Source: an uncultured delta proteobacterium
GTDB taxonomy: Bacteria; Desulfobacterota; Desulfobaccia; Desulfobaccales; 0-14-0-80-60-11
Assembly: GCA_963773285.1 (NCBI GenBank)
Contig: CAVZAM010000007.1
Span: 17,634-81,633 of the forward strand
Direction of reading: 5' to 3'
DNA length: 64,000 nt
A program made the translations under genes and the position numbers. The notes beneath the pieces were generated by a model that did not search any database, was not told where the DNA came from, and worked only from the letters and a program-made list of their open reading frames with translations. Below, piece by piece: positions 1 to 9,246 of this stretch (position 1 is the first letter of the stretch; the number at the start of each line of letters is the position of its first letter).

Positions 1-1222
1 CGCCCTCGACAAAATCCCACCCCTGGCAGTCCGGATCAACTTCGCTGAGGTTGATGGTGGGGGGAACAATGCCCTGCTTCAGGGATAAAACCGTGAATAT
101 GGCTTCCACTGCGCCGGCGGCGCCCAGAAGATGCCCGGTCATGGACTTGGTGGCGCTCACCACGGGCCGATGGTTGGGGTCGTGGTAAATGGTGCCCAAA
201 GCCCGGATTTCATTCCTATCGCCCACCTTGGTGGCAGTGGCGTGAGGATTGACATAACCAATGGCATCCGTGGAAACATCAGCATCCTTCAGGGCCTGTC
301 GAATGCAACGGGTGGCCCCTTCCATGTGAGGGTCGGTGATGTGGTAGGCGTCCCCGGTCATGCCGAAGCCCACCACTTCAGCGTAAATGTTGGCTCCCCG
401 GGCCAGGGCGTGTTCCCGTTCCTCCAGAATCATGATGCCGGCCCCTTCACTCATAACAAAGCCTTTTCTCGAAACATCGAAGGGACGGCTGGCGAATTCC
501 GGGTGGTCGTTGTAGCCCGTGGCCAAAGCCCCCATGCGGTAAAAAGCCGTGATGGTGAGCATGGTCACCGCGGCTTCGCTCCCCCCGGCGGCCATGAGCT
601 CGGCCTCCCCCAGCTGAATGGAGCGGTAGGCCATGCCGATGGCGTGGGAGCCGGCAGCGCAGGCGGTAGACAGGGCAATATTGGGGCCCTTGGCCTTAAA
701 GCTGATGGAGACGTTGCCCGCAGCCAGATTGGGGATCATCTTGGGGACCAGGAAAGGCGAGACCCGCCGCACCCCTTCATGCAACAGGCGGATCATGGAC
801 TCTTCCCAGGAGCCCACGCCGCCCATGCCGCTGGCAATGATGACGCCGCAACGCTCCGGTTCCTCGTCTTCCAGGACCAGGCCGCTGTTCTGGATGGCCT
901 CGAGGCTGGCGGCCAGGGCGAACTGGGTGAAGCGGTCCGTATACTTGACTTGTTTCAGGTCTTCCTTGGAAAGTTTGTCTTTACGAGCCTTGAGGATCTC
1001 TTTCAGGTTGAAGCCGGCAATTTCCCCGGCAATGAGCGGAAAATCTTCCGGCGCCTTGTACTTGGTAAAAAATTCCTTGTCGAAGTTCTGCAGATGCGTG
1101 ATGCCGGATTGGCCTGCCAAAAGCTTTTCCCAAACCGTGGGCACATCAAGCCCCATGGACGTTACCATGCCCACACCGGTAACCACTACCCGTCTTAGAC
1201 CCTTGGTTTTATAGACGGACAT
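1..1222 (-). CDS. fabF: Beta-ketoacyl-ACP synthase II (3' end outside window)
   Basis: Not in ORF track because its stop lies outside the window. Manual translation from ATG at 1222: MSVYKTKGLRRVVVTGVGMVT...MIPNLAAG...STACAAGSHAIG (catalytic Cys)...HATATKVGD...KSMTGHLLGAAG. Confidence 0.95.
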   Translation of the reverse strand, partial: MSVYKTKGLRRVVVTGVGMVTSMGLDVPTVWEKLLAGQSGITHLQNFDKEFFTKYKAPEDFPLIAGEIAGFNLKEILKARKDKLSKEDLKQVKYTDRFTQFALAASLEAIQNSGLVLEDEEPERCGVIIASGMGGVGSWEESMIRLLHEGVRRVSPFLVPKMIPNLAAGNVSISFKAKGPNIALSTACAAGSHAIGMAYRSIQLGEAELMAAGGSEAAVTMLTITAFYRMGALATGYNDHPEFASRPFDVSRKGFVMSEGAGIMILEEREHALARGANIYAEVVGFGMTGDAYHITDPHMEGATRCIRQALKDADVSTDAIGYVNPHATATKVGDRNEIRALGTIYHDPNHRPVVSATKSMTGHLLGAAGAVEAIFTVLSLKQGIVPPTINLSEVDPDCQGWDFVEG

Positions 1223-1427
1223 AGCTTACCCCCCCTTATTCACTCATGCCAAGTCTGGATCCCCGTTCAGCCTTCTCCACCCCCTGGAGTGGACACTATA
1301 AGGATTATATTGTCCATGGGGTCCAGATTTGCCACAACGTGAGCCGACATGCTAAATTAACCCGGTAACCCAGGTATTGTCAACCTTTTCTACAATTTGG
1401 TCCGTTTAGCAGCCAGGAGTCCGGGTT

Positions 1428-1664
1428 TTGTCCCATCTGGTGGAAACCTACTCCGGACACCGCTTGCATGAAAGGCCCACGCGGTTTTACTGGCAGGGGG
1501 CCTGGCAGACGGTGGTCCAGGTCTTGTCCCGCTGGCAGGAACCGGGGGCCTTGTGCTTCAAGGTGCTGGCTGCCGATGAGCAAATATATTCCTTACAGTA
1601 TACTCAAGCGGACGATGTCTGGAAAGTGGACATTCTGACCACCGGAAAGCCGCTCCCCTCATAG
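1428..1664 (+). CDS. Small hypothetical protein (DUF6504-like)
   Basis: 78 aa, pattern ERPTRFYWQG...VVQVLSRW...FKV...YSLQY...W; TTG start uncertain. Confidence 0.55.
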   Translation: MSHLVETYSGHRLHERPTRFYWQGAWQTVVQVLSRWQEPGALCFKVLAADEQIYSLQYTQADDVWKVDILTTGKPLPS

Positions 1665-1785
1665 TTTTTAAAAAATTCGTTTACTTTTTTTTAACATTTA
1701 AGATAAAATAACCCAATTTACGTCAGGTTTCTTTCCGTCCAAAATCCCTTAGAAATCACCCAGCGAGGGTCAAAGAGGAATTGCT

Positions 1786-2433
1786 ATGCAATGCAATATT
1801 TCGCCCACATATATGGAAAAGCTGTATTCCTTTTATTCACCCTTCTATGACTACTTCTACGGCTGGCTCCTGGGCCCGGGCCGCCGCCAGGCCTTTAATT
1901 ACCTGAAGCACCGCCCCCATCAGAAAATCCTGGAAATCGGCGTCGGGCCCGGCTCAACGCTGGAGTTTTATCCAAAACCCTCAGACCTCGTGGGCATCGA
2001 CATTTCCGCCCCCATGATCAAGCGGGCCCGGCAGCGGGCCTCCGAACTGAACGGCGGCAACCGCTATGAATTCCACGTCATGGATGCCTGCCAGCTGGAC
2101 TTCCCGGATAATACCTTTGACGTGGTCATGGCGGCCTATGTCATCACCACAGTGTGCGACCCTTACCAGGTGTGCCGTGAGATGCTCCGCGTGGTGAAAC
2201 CCGGCGGCCAGATCATCGCCATCGGCCACAGCCGCTGCGAAAACGGCAGCCGGCTCGGGCGCCTCGAAGACATCATGGCGCCCGTTTTTGTGCGCATCGG
2301 CTTTACCACCGACCTCGACGTCATCCGGGTCATGAAAGAGACCGGCATGGAGGTGGAGCAGGCAGTGCGCTGCAACCTCATGAACACCGGCCGCATCATC
2401 CTCGCCAGCAAACCGGCAGAAACGCCGCAATAG
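1786..2433 (+). CDS. Class I SAM methyltransferase (PmtA/UbiE-like)
   Basis: ILEIGVGPG motif I, GIDIS, FPDNTFDVV, RVVKPGG; GAGGA RBS. Confidence 0.9.
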   Translation: MQCNISPTYMEKLYSFYSPFYDYFYGWLLGPGRRQAFNYLKHRPHQKILEIGVGPGSTLEFYPKPSDLVGIDISAPMIKRARQRASELNGGNRYEFHVMDACQLDFPDNTFDVVMAAYVITTVCDPYQVCREMLRVVKPGGQIIAIGHSRCENGSRLGRLEDIMAPVFVRIGFTTDLDVIRVMKETGMEVEQAVRCNLMNTGRIILASKPAETPQ

Positions 2434-2654
2434 GGTTACCGCCAAGGGTTCCGGAGACGCCGGGTCCTTGGCCCGTCAACCGGGGGACTTCCGGGTCCCT
2501 GCCGGCCACCATGGCTGCCCCACGGGCAGCCGTTTTCGATCCGGACCCCGGACCCACATCCCTTACCCCACATCTCCCGCTCATCGTAGAATAACTGGCC
2601 AGGGCCGTAATTTTTCCTTATAATACAAGATCATCCCATACATTGGAGACTGAG

Positions 2655-3149
2655 ATGAAGGTTACCCCCACTTCTTTTGTGACCATCGAATACGTCATCC
2701 GCTCGGGCAAGGACGAGTATTACCCCAAGACCAGGGAACCCGAGGAGCTGGCTTTCTGCCTGGGCTGGGGGCTTATGCCCGGGCCCCTCGAGGAGGCCAT
2801 GGTGGGCATGTCGCCCGACGATCAAAAGACCATCCGGCTGTCCCCCCAGGAGGCCTTTGGCGAAGTGGACGATGACCTGGTCCACGAAGTGCCCCGGGAT
2901 GAGTTCGATCCGGACGCGAACCCGGAGCAGGGTGATGTCTTCGAGACCACCGACGAAGAAGGGCACACAGCTTACTTCGTGGTGAGGGACCTGCGGCCCG
3001 AAAGCGTGGTCATCGACTTCAACCACCCTCTGGCAGGCAAAGAGGTGGAGTTCGACATTACCCTGAAAGCGGTACGGGAAGCCACCCCGGATGACGTCAA
3101 GGGCTGCTCCTGCGATGAGTGCGGCGGCTCCCACCCCCACGAGCATTGA
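2655..3149 (+). CDS. slyD: FKBP-type peptidyl-prolyl isomerase SlyD-like
   Basis: LEEAMVGM, IDFNHPLAGKEVEF, Cys/His-rich tail CSCDECGGSHPHEH. Confidence 0.9.
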   Translation: MKVTPTSFVTIEYVIRSGKDEYYPKTREPEELAFCLGWGLMPGPLEEAMVGMSPDDQKTIRLSPQEAFGEVDDDLVHEVPRDEFDPDANPEQGDVFETTDEEGHTAYFVVRDLRPESVVIDFNHPLAGKEVEFDITLKAVREATPDDVKGCSCDECGGSHPHEH

Positions 3150-3156
3150 TTCTGCC

Positions 3157-4833
3157 ATGAATCTTCCCTGGGCCGGGCAGTATGACCCGGGAGTCCCCCT
3201 GGAGGTGGACATCCCCCGGGCCAGCGTCACCAGCCTCCTGGTGGAGGCCGCCACCCGTGCCCCGGGGTCCCCGGCCCTGCATTTCTTCGGGAAAAAGACC
3301 AGCTTTGCGGCGTTTTTTGACCAGGTCAGGCGCCTGGCCCGGTCCTTTCAGAATTTGGGTTTAGGGCCCGGCGAACGTTTGGCGGTGCTTCTCCCCAACT
3401 GCCCCCAACTGGCGGCCGCGTACCACGCCCTCCTGTCCCTGGGGGGGGCGGCGGTCCTCCTGAACCCCCTGCTCAGTCCCCAGGAAATCGCCCATCAGCT
3501 CAAGGATTCGGGCAGCCGCAGCCTGGTGGTCCTGGACCACCTCCTCCCCAAAGTGGAGGCCGCGGCCCGGGACGCTGAGCTTCAGCACATCATCGTCACC
3601 GGCCTGACCGAGGCGCTGCCCTGGCCGCTTTCCTGGCTGTACCCCTTCAAGGCCCGGCGCCAGGGCTTGCCTACCGGCTTCACCCCGGGACCAGGCCGCC
3701 TCAGGTTCAAGGACCTGGTGAAGGCTGAGCCCCTGATGGACCTCCCATCCGTGGGGCCGGAGAGCCTGGCCATCCTGCAATATACCGGCGGCACCACCGG
3801 CATTCCCAAGGCGGCCATGCTCAGCCACCGGAACCTCCTGGCCAACGTGGCCCAGATCAACGCCTGGCTGCCCCGCTTCCGGTACGCCCAAGAGCGGGTG
3901 GTGGGCTTGATCCCTTTTTTCCACGCCTTCGGTCTCACCGTCTGCCTCAACTGGCCCCTGTCCCAGGCCGCCGAGATTCTGATTCTGCCCAAGTTCGACA
4001 TCAAGACTTTTATCGCCATGCTGCACAAACAGCGGCCCACGGTGCTTCCGGGGGTTCCCACCCTGTTTGTGGCGCTCATCAATCACCCGGACCTGGCCGC
4101 GGTGGATTTTTCCCAGCTGTGGGCCTGCATCAGCGGGTCGGCGCCGCTCCCCCATGAGGTGCGGGAGCGCTTCGAAAAGCTCACCCATTGCCGCATCATG
4201 GAAGGCTACGGGCTTACCGAAGCGGGGCCGGTGACCCACCTGAACCCCTACCTGGGGGAGCGCCCTCAGGCCAGCATCGGGCTCCCTTTCCCCAGCACCC
4301 GGGCTAAAATCGTCGATGCCGAAACCGGCCTTAAAGATCTTCCGGACGGGGAGGTGGGAGAACTGGTGATCAAGGGGCCCCAGGTCATGAGCGGCTATTG
4401 GCAGCGGCCGGAGGAATCGGCCCTGGCCTTGAGGGACGGGTGGCTGTTTACGGGGGATCTGGCCAAGACGGATGAGAGTGGTTATTTTTATATCGTCGAC
4501 CGGAAAAAAGACATCATCATCGATGGGGGCTTCAAGATTTACCCCCGGGAAGTGGAGGAGGTGCTCTACCAGCATCCGGGGGTGCAGGAGGCCGTGGCTT
4601 ATGGCGTCCCGGACGCCTACCGGGGCGAGCGCCAGAAGGTGGTCATTGTGCCCCGGCCGGGGGTGCATCTTACCGCCGAGGAGATCCTGGAATTTTGCCG
4701 GCCGAGCCTGGCTGCCTATAAAATCCCCAAAATCGTGGAGTTTCGGAGCGAATTGCCGAAAAGCATGGTGGGGAAGGTCCTGCGGCGCCTCCTGAGGGAG
4801 GCCGAGACCGGCGCCGCCTCTCAGCAACCATGA
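3157..4833 (+). CDS. Long-chain fatty acid--CoA ligase
   Basis: YTGGTTGIPK AMP-binding motif, EGYGLTE, TGDL, LPKSMVGK; start reset to ATG 3157. Confidence 0.93.
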   Translation: MNLPWAGQYDPGVPLEVDIPRASVTSLLVEAATRAPGSPALHFFGKKTSFAAFFDQVRRLARSFQNLGLGPGERLAVLLPNCPQLAAAYHALLSLGGAAVLLNPLLSPQEIAHQLKDSGSRSLVVLDHLLPKVEAAARDAELQHIIVTGLTEALPWPLSWLYPFKARRQGLPTGFTPGPGRLRFKDLVKAEPLMDLPSVGPESLAILQYTGGTTGIPKAAMLSHRNLLANVAQINAWLPRFRYAQERVVGLIPFFHAFGLTVCLNWPLSQAAEILILPKFDIKTFIAMLHKQRPTVLPGVPTLFVALINHPDLAAVDFSQLWACISGSAPLPHEVRERFEKLTHCRIMEGYGLTEAGPVTHLNPYLGERPQASIGLPFPSTRAKIVDAETGLKDLPDGEVGELVIKGPQVMSGYWQRPEESALALRDGWLFTGDLAKTDESGYFYIVDRKKDIIIDGGFKIYPREVEEVLYQHPGVQEAVAYGVPDAYRGERQKVVIVPRPGVHLTAEEILEFCRPSLAAYKIPKIVEFRSELPKSMVGKVLRRLLREAETGAASQQP

Positions 4834-5330
4834 AGATTCAGCGTACCATAAAATATCACTGGCTGAAGTTCAGGCGCCTCCAGGGGGACCCCAGGAAAGT
4901 GGCGCTGGGAGCCGCACTGGGGGTGTTTATCGGCATTACCCCCACCATCCCTTTTCACACCGTTCTTGTTCTCACCCTGGCGCCGCTTCTGAGGGTATCG
5001 GTAATCGCGGCGTACATGGGAATCTGGGTCAGCAACCCGGTAACCTGGGTGCCCCAATATCTCCTGGCCTACGAAGTGGGCTGCCACCTCCTCTTCCCGG
5101 GCGCCCCCCTGGTCATCCCCGAGCACGCCAACCTGTCCGCTTATCTGGACCTCATCTGGCGGGGGGGCCTCGCCCTGCAGGTGGGGGGTCTCGTCATCGC
5201 CCTGCCCGGCGGCCATCCTCACCTATTTTGCCACCCTGTGGGCGGTGCGGCGCTACCGCCAACGGCAGGCCACCTTAGAGCCCAGTGTCCAGCTCATCCC
5301 CGAAGAACGTTCTGCGGCATCTCGGCCTGA
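4830..5330 (+). CDS. DUF2062 membrane protein; C-terminus probably frameshifted near 5205
   Basis: PRKVALGAALGVFIGITP...WVSNPVT; hydrophobic reading continues in another frame after ~5205. Confidence 0.8.
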   Translation: MKIQRTIKYHWLKFRRLQGDPRKVALGAALGVFIGITPTIPFHTVLVLTLAPLLRVSVIAAYMGIWVSNPVTWVPQYLLAYEVGCHLLFPGAPLVIPEHANLSAYLDLIWRGGLALQVGGLVIALPGGHPHLFCHPVGGAALPPTAGHLRAQCPAHPRRTFCGISA

Positions 5331-6163
5331 GGCCTGAAAAGGCCCGGGGCCAGAACTTCCTGATCCATCCGCACCAGGCCCGGCGGATAATCGAGGCGCT
5401 CGACCTGGACCCCCAGGACGTGGTGGTGGAAGTAGGTCCGGGGTTGGGGGCGCTCACGGTTCACCTGGCTAAAATGGCGGGGCGGGTGCTGGCCCTGGAG
5501 ATTGACCCGGCCCTGGCCGCCTATCTCCAGGAAGAGCTTTTTGCCGCTGATCCCCGGGTGGAGGTTATCTGTCAGGACATCCTCCGCTTCGACCTGGCGG
5601 GGCTGGCCCGGGACACCGGACGCCCCCTGGCGGTGGTGGGAAACCTCCCCTACCAGATCACCAGTCCGCTCCTGTTCAAATTGGCCGGGGAAAAAAGCGC
5701 CCTGTCCCGGGCCGTTCTCATGATGCAGCAGGAAGTGGGGGCGCGTCTTGCCGCCACCCCCGGGACCAAGGACTACGGCATTTTGAGTGTGCTCCTGCAG
5801 TATCATTTTGCCATGCAGAAATTGTTCTCCCTGGGGCCAAACAATTTCTATCCCCCGCCCCAGGTGACTTCGGTGGTGATGCGGCTGACACCCCGGGAGC
5901 CCGAACCCAGGGCCCACCATGAAGAATTTTTTGCCCAGGTGGTGAAGGCGGCCTTTGCCACCCGGCGCAAGACCCTCCGGAACACCCTGGCGGTCAGGGC
6001 GCAGGCCCTGGGGCTTGAGGACGCTGAGGTGATGGCGGCCCTGGCGGCATTGGGCATTGATCCGGGCCTCAGGGGGGAGGCCCTGGCCGCACCTCAATTC
6101 GTCGAGCTCAGCAACGAGTTGTGGCGGCGGCGGTCCAGCGGGGGAGGGGAGGGTCGATCCTGA
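5285..6163 (+). CDS. rsmA: 16S rRNA m6,2A dimethyltransferase KsgA/RsmA
   Basis: GQNFL, VEVGPGLGALT, VGNLPYQITSP, FYPPPQVTS, RRKTLRN. Confidence 0.96.
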   Translation: MSSSSPKNVLRHLGLRPEKARGQNFLIHPHQARRIIEALDLDPQDVVVEVGPGLGALTVHLAKMAGRVLALEIDPALAAYLQEELFAADPRVEVICQDILRFDLAGLARDTGRPLAVVGNLPYQITSPLLFKLAGEKSALSRAVLMMQQEVGARLAATPGTKDYGILSVLLQYHFAMQKLFSLGPNNFYPPPQVTSVVMRLTPREPEPRAHHEEFFAQVVKAAFATRRKTLRNTLAVRAQALGLEDAEVMAALAALGIDPGLRGEALAAPQFVELSNELWRRRSSGGGEGRS

Positions 6164-6291
6164 AAAAGGGCAGCAGGGGAGGGCGGTTACGGGGGGCTCA
6201 GGCGGCATCTCCCGGCCCTTCCTCAATATCCACACAGCCTAGGAAAAGAATTTCCCGTTATTTTCTTGACGTATCACCCCGCCCTGGTTGG

Positions 6292-6867
6292 CTAATGCAA
6301 GCCGGCCGGGGCAGGCACGGCCTCTGCGGTGGCTTGCTGACCGTAAAACTGGATGGCGCTCTCACCGATGAGGCGGGCCGCGGCGGCGCAGGTCAGAGCA
6401 CCGGCAGGCACGGCCCACAACGGGTTCGCCCCCAGGGCCCTGATCAGCAAAGGCGCGCCGGCTGCCAGCCCCGTGGACATGACCACCGCCACCATCTCGG
6501 CGACCCTGGCCTCGTCGTCCAGGTCTTTGCCATACAGGGCGGCTATTTCCAGGATGAGGTAAAGGTGCATGCGGATAAGCATGGAGGTTCCCCCCACCAT
6601 GCCCAAGAGGCCCAGGGCGTGACCCAAACCGGGGATAAGGAGCGGCAATTCGGTGAGCGCCCCTCCCAGAAACGACAGCGGGGTCTGCATGGAGATCAGC
6701 CGGCGGGCCCGCTGTTCCAAAGTCTCCTCAGGAAATTCGGCGTTAACGGCCTCCACCACTTTTAAAACCCGGCCCTTGCGGAGGCTAAGGAAAAAATAAA
6801 AAAAGTTGTCGGTCAATATGCTCTGGAGGCCTTGAGAATTTCCGGCTGGAGAATCGTCTTTGGGCAT
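6292..6867 (-). CDS. EcsC-like hypothetical protein
   Basis: ARRLIS...GGALT.LP.LIPGLG...LEIAALYGKDL pattern. Confidence 0.6.
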   Translation of the reverse strand: MPKDDSPAGNSQGLQSILTDNFFYFFLSLRKGRVLKVVEAVNAEFPEETLEQRARRLISMQTPLSFLGGALTELPLLIPGLGHALGLLGMVGGTSMLIRMHLYLILEIAALYGKDLDDEARVAEMVAVVMSTGLAAGAPLLIRALGANPLWAVPAGALTCAAAARLIGESAIQFYGQQATAEAVPAPAGLH

Positions 6868-7043
6868 CTGTCTCTTCGAGTCCTCGAATCTGGAAGTTTA
6901 TATAATTATAAGCTTATTTTTGCTAAAGTCAGCCCAACAAATTGTTTTAAAATTGTTCAGGGATAATCCTCACTATTTAAGGTAAGCAGGAAAAAACTCC
7001 GGACCAGAAGAGCGGCTAAACCCGGGTAGGATGGAGGCGCGGC

Positions 7044-8045
7044 ATGACGGTGGAAAACTTTTGGGCCCTGGAGGTCAGGGAAGCCGGCGACCACACTTTC
7101 AGCCGGGAGGTCACGAAGAAAAGTCTAGCGGACCTGCCGGAAGGCGAGGTGCTGGTGCGGGTCAAATATTCCTCCCTTAATTATAAGGATGTATTGTCGG
7201 CCACCGGCAACCGGGGTGTGACCAAACGCTACCCCCATACCCCGGGAATTGACGCCGCCGGGGTGGTGGAGGAAAGCCGCAGCCCGGCCTTCAAGGCGGG
7301 TGATGAAGTAATTGTCACCAGCTACGACCTGGGGATGAACACCCCGGGGGGATTTGGGCAATTCATCCGGGTCCCGGCGGCCTGGGTGGTGAAGCTGCCT
7401 GAGGGTCTGTCTTGGCGGGAAAGCATGATTTACGGGACCGCCGGGTTCACCGCGGCCCTGTCGGTATACCGCCTGGTGGATTATGGCATTTCGCCCGACC
7501 GGGGGGAGGTCCTGGTATCCGGGGCTACCGGCGGCGTCGGCAGCGTAGCGGTGGCTATCCTGGCCAAGGAAGGCTACCGGGTAACCGCCATGAGCGGCCG
7601 CCCGGAAAATCGGGATTACTTACTGAGTATCGGGGCTCATGAGGTTATTACCGTGGAGGCGGCCACCGACGCGGGCCCCCGGCCCCTCCTGAAGGAGCGC
7701 TGGGCCGGGGCCATAGACACGGTGGGGGGACCGGTTCTCGCCACCACCATCAAGTCGGTGATGTATGGCGGCGGGGTAACCTGCTGCGGCAACGTGGCCT
7801 CTCCTGAGCTGCCCCTGACGGTTTTTCCTTTTATCCTGCGGGGTATCACCCTCATGGGCATCGACTCCCAGAACTGCCCTATGCCCACCCGGGTGAAAAT
7901 CTGGCAGAACCTGGCCGGGCCATGGAAACTGCCGCACCTGGAGGATATGGTCACCGAAACCGATCTACCCGGCCTCAACCAGCAGATTGAGCTCATGCTG
8001 ACCAGACGGCACCGGGGGCGCACCATAGTCAGGCTGCCGGATTAA
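7044..8045 (+). CDS. YhdH/AcuI family quinone oxidoreductase (acryloyl-CoA reductase-like)
   Basis: YSSLNYKD, PGIDAAG, GTAGFTA, SGATGGVGS, PFILRG, GIDS. Confidence 0.93.
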   Translation: MTVENFWALEVREAGDHTFSREVTKKSLADLPEGEVLVRVKYSSLNYKDVLSATGNRGVTKRYPHTPGIDAAGVVEESRSPAFKAGDEVIVTSYDLGMNTPGGFGQFIRVPAAWVVKLPEGLSWRESMIYGTAGFTAALSVYRLVDYGISPDRGEVLVSGATGGVGSVAVAILAKEGYRVTAMSGRPENRDYLLSIGAHEVITVEAATDAGPRPLLKERWAGAIDTVGGPVLATTIKSVMYGGGVTCCGNVASPELPLTVFPFILRGITLMGIDSQNCPMPTRVKIWQNLAGPWKLPHLEDMVTETDLPGLNQQIELMLTRRHRGRTIVRLPD

Positions 8046-8139
8046 TGGAGCGGGGGAGGGGGTCCGGGGTTTGCAGACCTCGGCCTGCCTCATCCCCCCA
8101 CCGAATTGACTTTACACTCCTTAAGAGAATCTTCCTTGC

Positions 8140-8874
8140 TTAGAGGGGCACCAGTTCGAGGTCGCCCCAGGCGCCCAGGTGCTCCCCCACCACCACCACT
8201 GCGCCATGTAGGCCGGGGATGCCGGCGATCCACTTCAGCGCGGCGTTGATGGCCGCGGCCTCAGGCACCCGGTTGCCCAGGGCGGTGGCACAGGCGTCGG
8301 CCAGGGCGGTGTCGGCGGCCACCACACAGGCGGCGTCAGCCCGGCCCAGGCTCAGAGAAGGCCCCACCGTGCCCGAGGAAGTGCATACCCCCCAGGTTTG
8401 CTGATCGGGCTTGATTCTCAGACCGACCTTGTGGCTCAGAGGGGAGCGCCCGGCGTACAGGGACACGGTGGCGGGCCGCTGCACATGCATGAAAATGTCG
8501 CCGCCGTTTTCCACGATAACTTCGTCGGACAGGGGCATGAGGGCCTGTCCCACCCGGGCGGCAATGGCGCCGGCCACCGCCGCCATGGGGCCCACCCCGG
8601 CCGTGGCGGCCGCGTCGATCATTGCCCGCACCAACGGGGGGGCGTAAGGATCCGCCGGCCAGGGCGTCAGGGTGGCAAGAAACTCGGGGTGCTGCTCGAT
8701 ATACCTCTCCAGGTGTTGGCGTTCTTGAATAATGAGGCTTCTGACCTCAGCCTGGAAATCACGCTGGGCCAGGATCATGAGGTCCGTCTCCCGAACCGCC
8801 ACCCGAAAGCCCACCAGGCCCCGCCGCTGCATCCGGGTGCGGTAGGTCCGCTCCTGATGTCTGGATTTCCCCAT
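8140..8874 (-). CDS. UPF0280 / ApbE-like protein
   Basis: VGPMAAVAGA, VENGGDI, CTSSGTVG.SLSLGRAD, ADACATALGN; start reset to ATG 8874. Confidence 0.9.
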   Translation of the reverse strand: MGKSRHQERTYRTRMQRRGLVGFRVAVRETDLMILAQRDFQAEVRSLIIQERQHLERYIEQHPEFLATLTPWPADPYAPPLVRAMIDAAATAGVGPMAAVAGAIAARVGQALMPLSDEVIVENGGDIFMHVQRPATVSLYAGRSPLSHKVGLRIKPDQQTWGVCTSSGTVGPSLSLGRADAACVVAADTALADACATALGNRVPEAAAINAALKWIAGIPGLHGAVVVVGEHLGAWGDLELVPL

Positions 8875-8949
8875 CTGCCCCCCGACGATTTGCCCCCAAC
8901 TTCCTGTAAATATTATCAACTGCTCTTCCTTTTTTGAAATGTAAAAAAT

Positions 8950-9038
8950 ATTCTTGCGCAATAAGAATTTTTTCTTGACAAAGTTAATTTTCTGCGCTTA
9001 ATATTCTTTCAAAATAATAATTCTTTTATGGCAAGAAT
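8950..9038. promoter_or_regulatory. Putative enhancer palindromes TTCTT-N7-AAGAA
   Basis: Exact copies at 8951-8967 and 9021-9037 plus a 1-mismatch copy at 9004-9020, 60-150 bp upstream of a sigma54 box. Confidence 0.55.
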
Positions 9039-9059
9039 AATCGTCGTCAGGACTTCCGG

Positions 9060-9072
9060 CAACTATTTGATT
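9060..9072 (-). promoter_or_regulatory. IHF site
   Basis: AATCAAATAGTTG on the minus strand matches WATCAANNNNTTR; lies between the palindromes and the sigma54 box. Confidence 0.6.
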
Positions 9073-9099
9073 TTTCATGAAATGCACCTATTAAAATTA

Positions 9100-9115
9100 T
9101 GGCATTTAAATTGCT
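9100..9115 (+). promoter_or_regulatory. Sigma54 -24/-12 promoter
   Basis: TGGCATTTAAATTGCT, GG-N10-GC. Confidence 0.75.
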
Positions 9116-9246
9116 TAAGGTTGGTAAGGTGACCAGTGTCAAGGCAGCGGCAGCAGAAACTGGTCTTAAATTACCAATCCTCTGGTCTCCACGGAGGGAG
9201 GGCAGGCTTCAGGGGGTGAGGGGCGAACCCTGGAGCCGATCAGGTT

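Noticed and set aside
131-1198. 355-aa plus-strand ORF, and similar long antisense ORFs (3361-4827, 9634-11253, 18988-20478, 52775-54043, 60242-61732)
   Set aside because: Shadows of well-supported genes on the opposite strand in GC-rich DNA.
2440-2552. Cluster of GC hairpins as an ncRNA
   Set aside because: No recognisable conserved RNA motif; likely terminator or REP-like stems.
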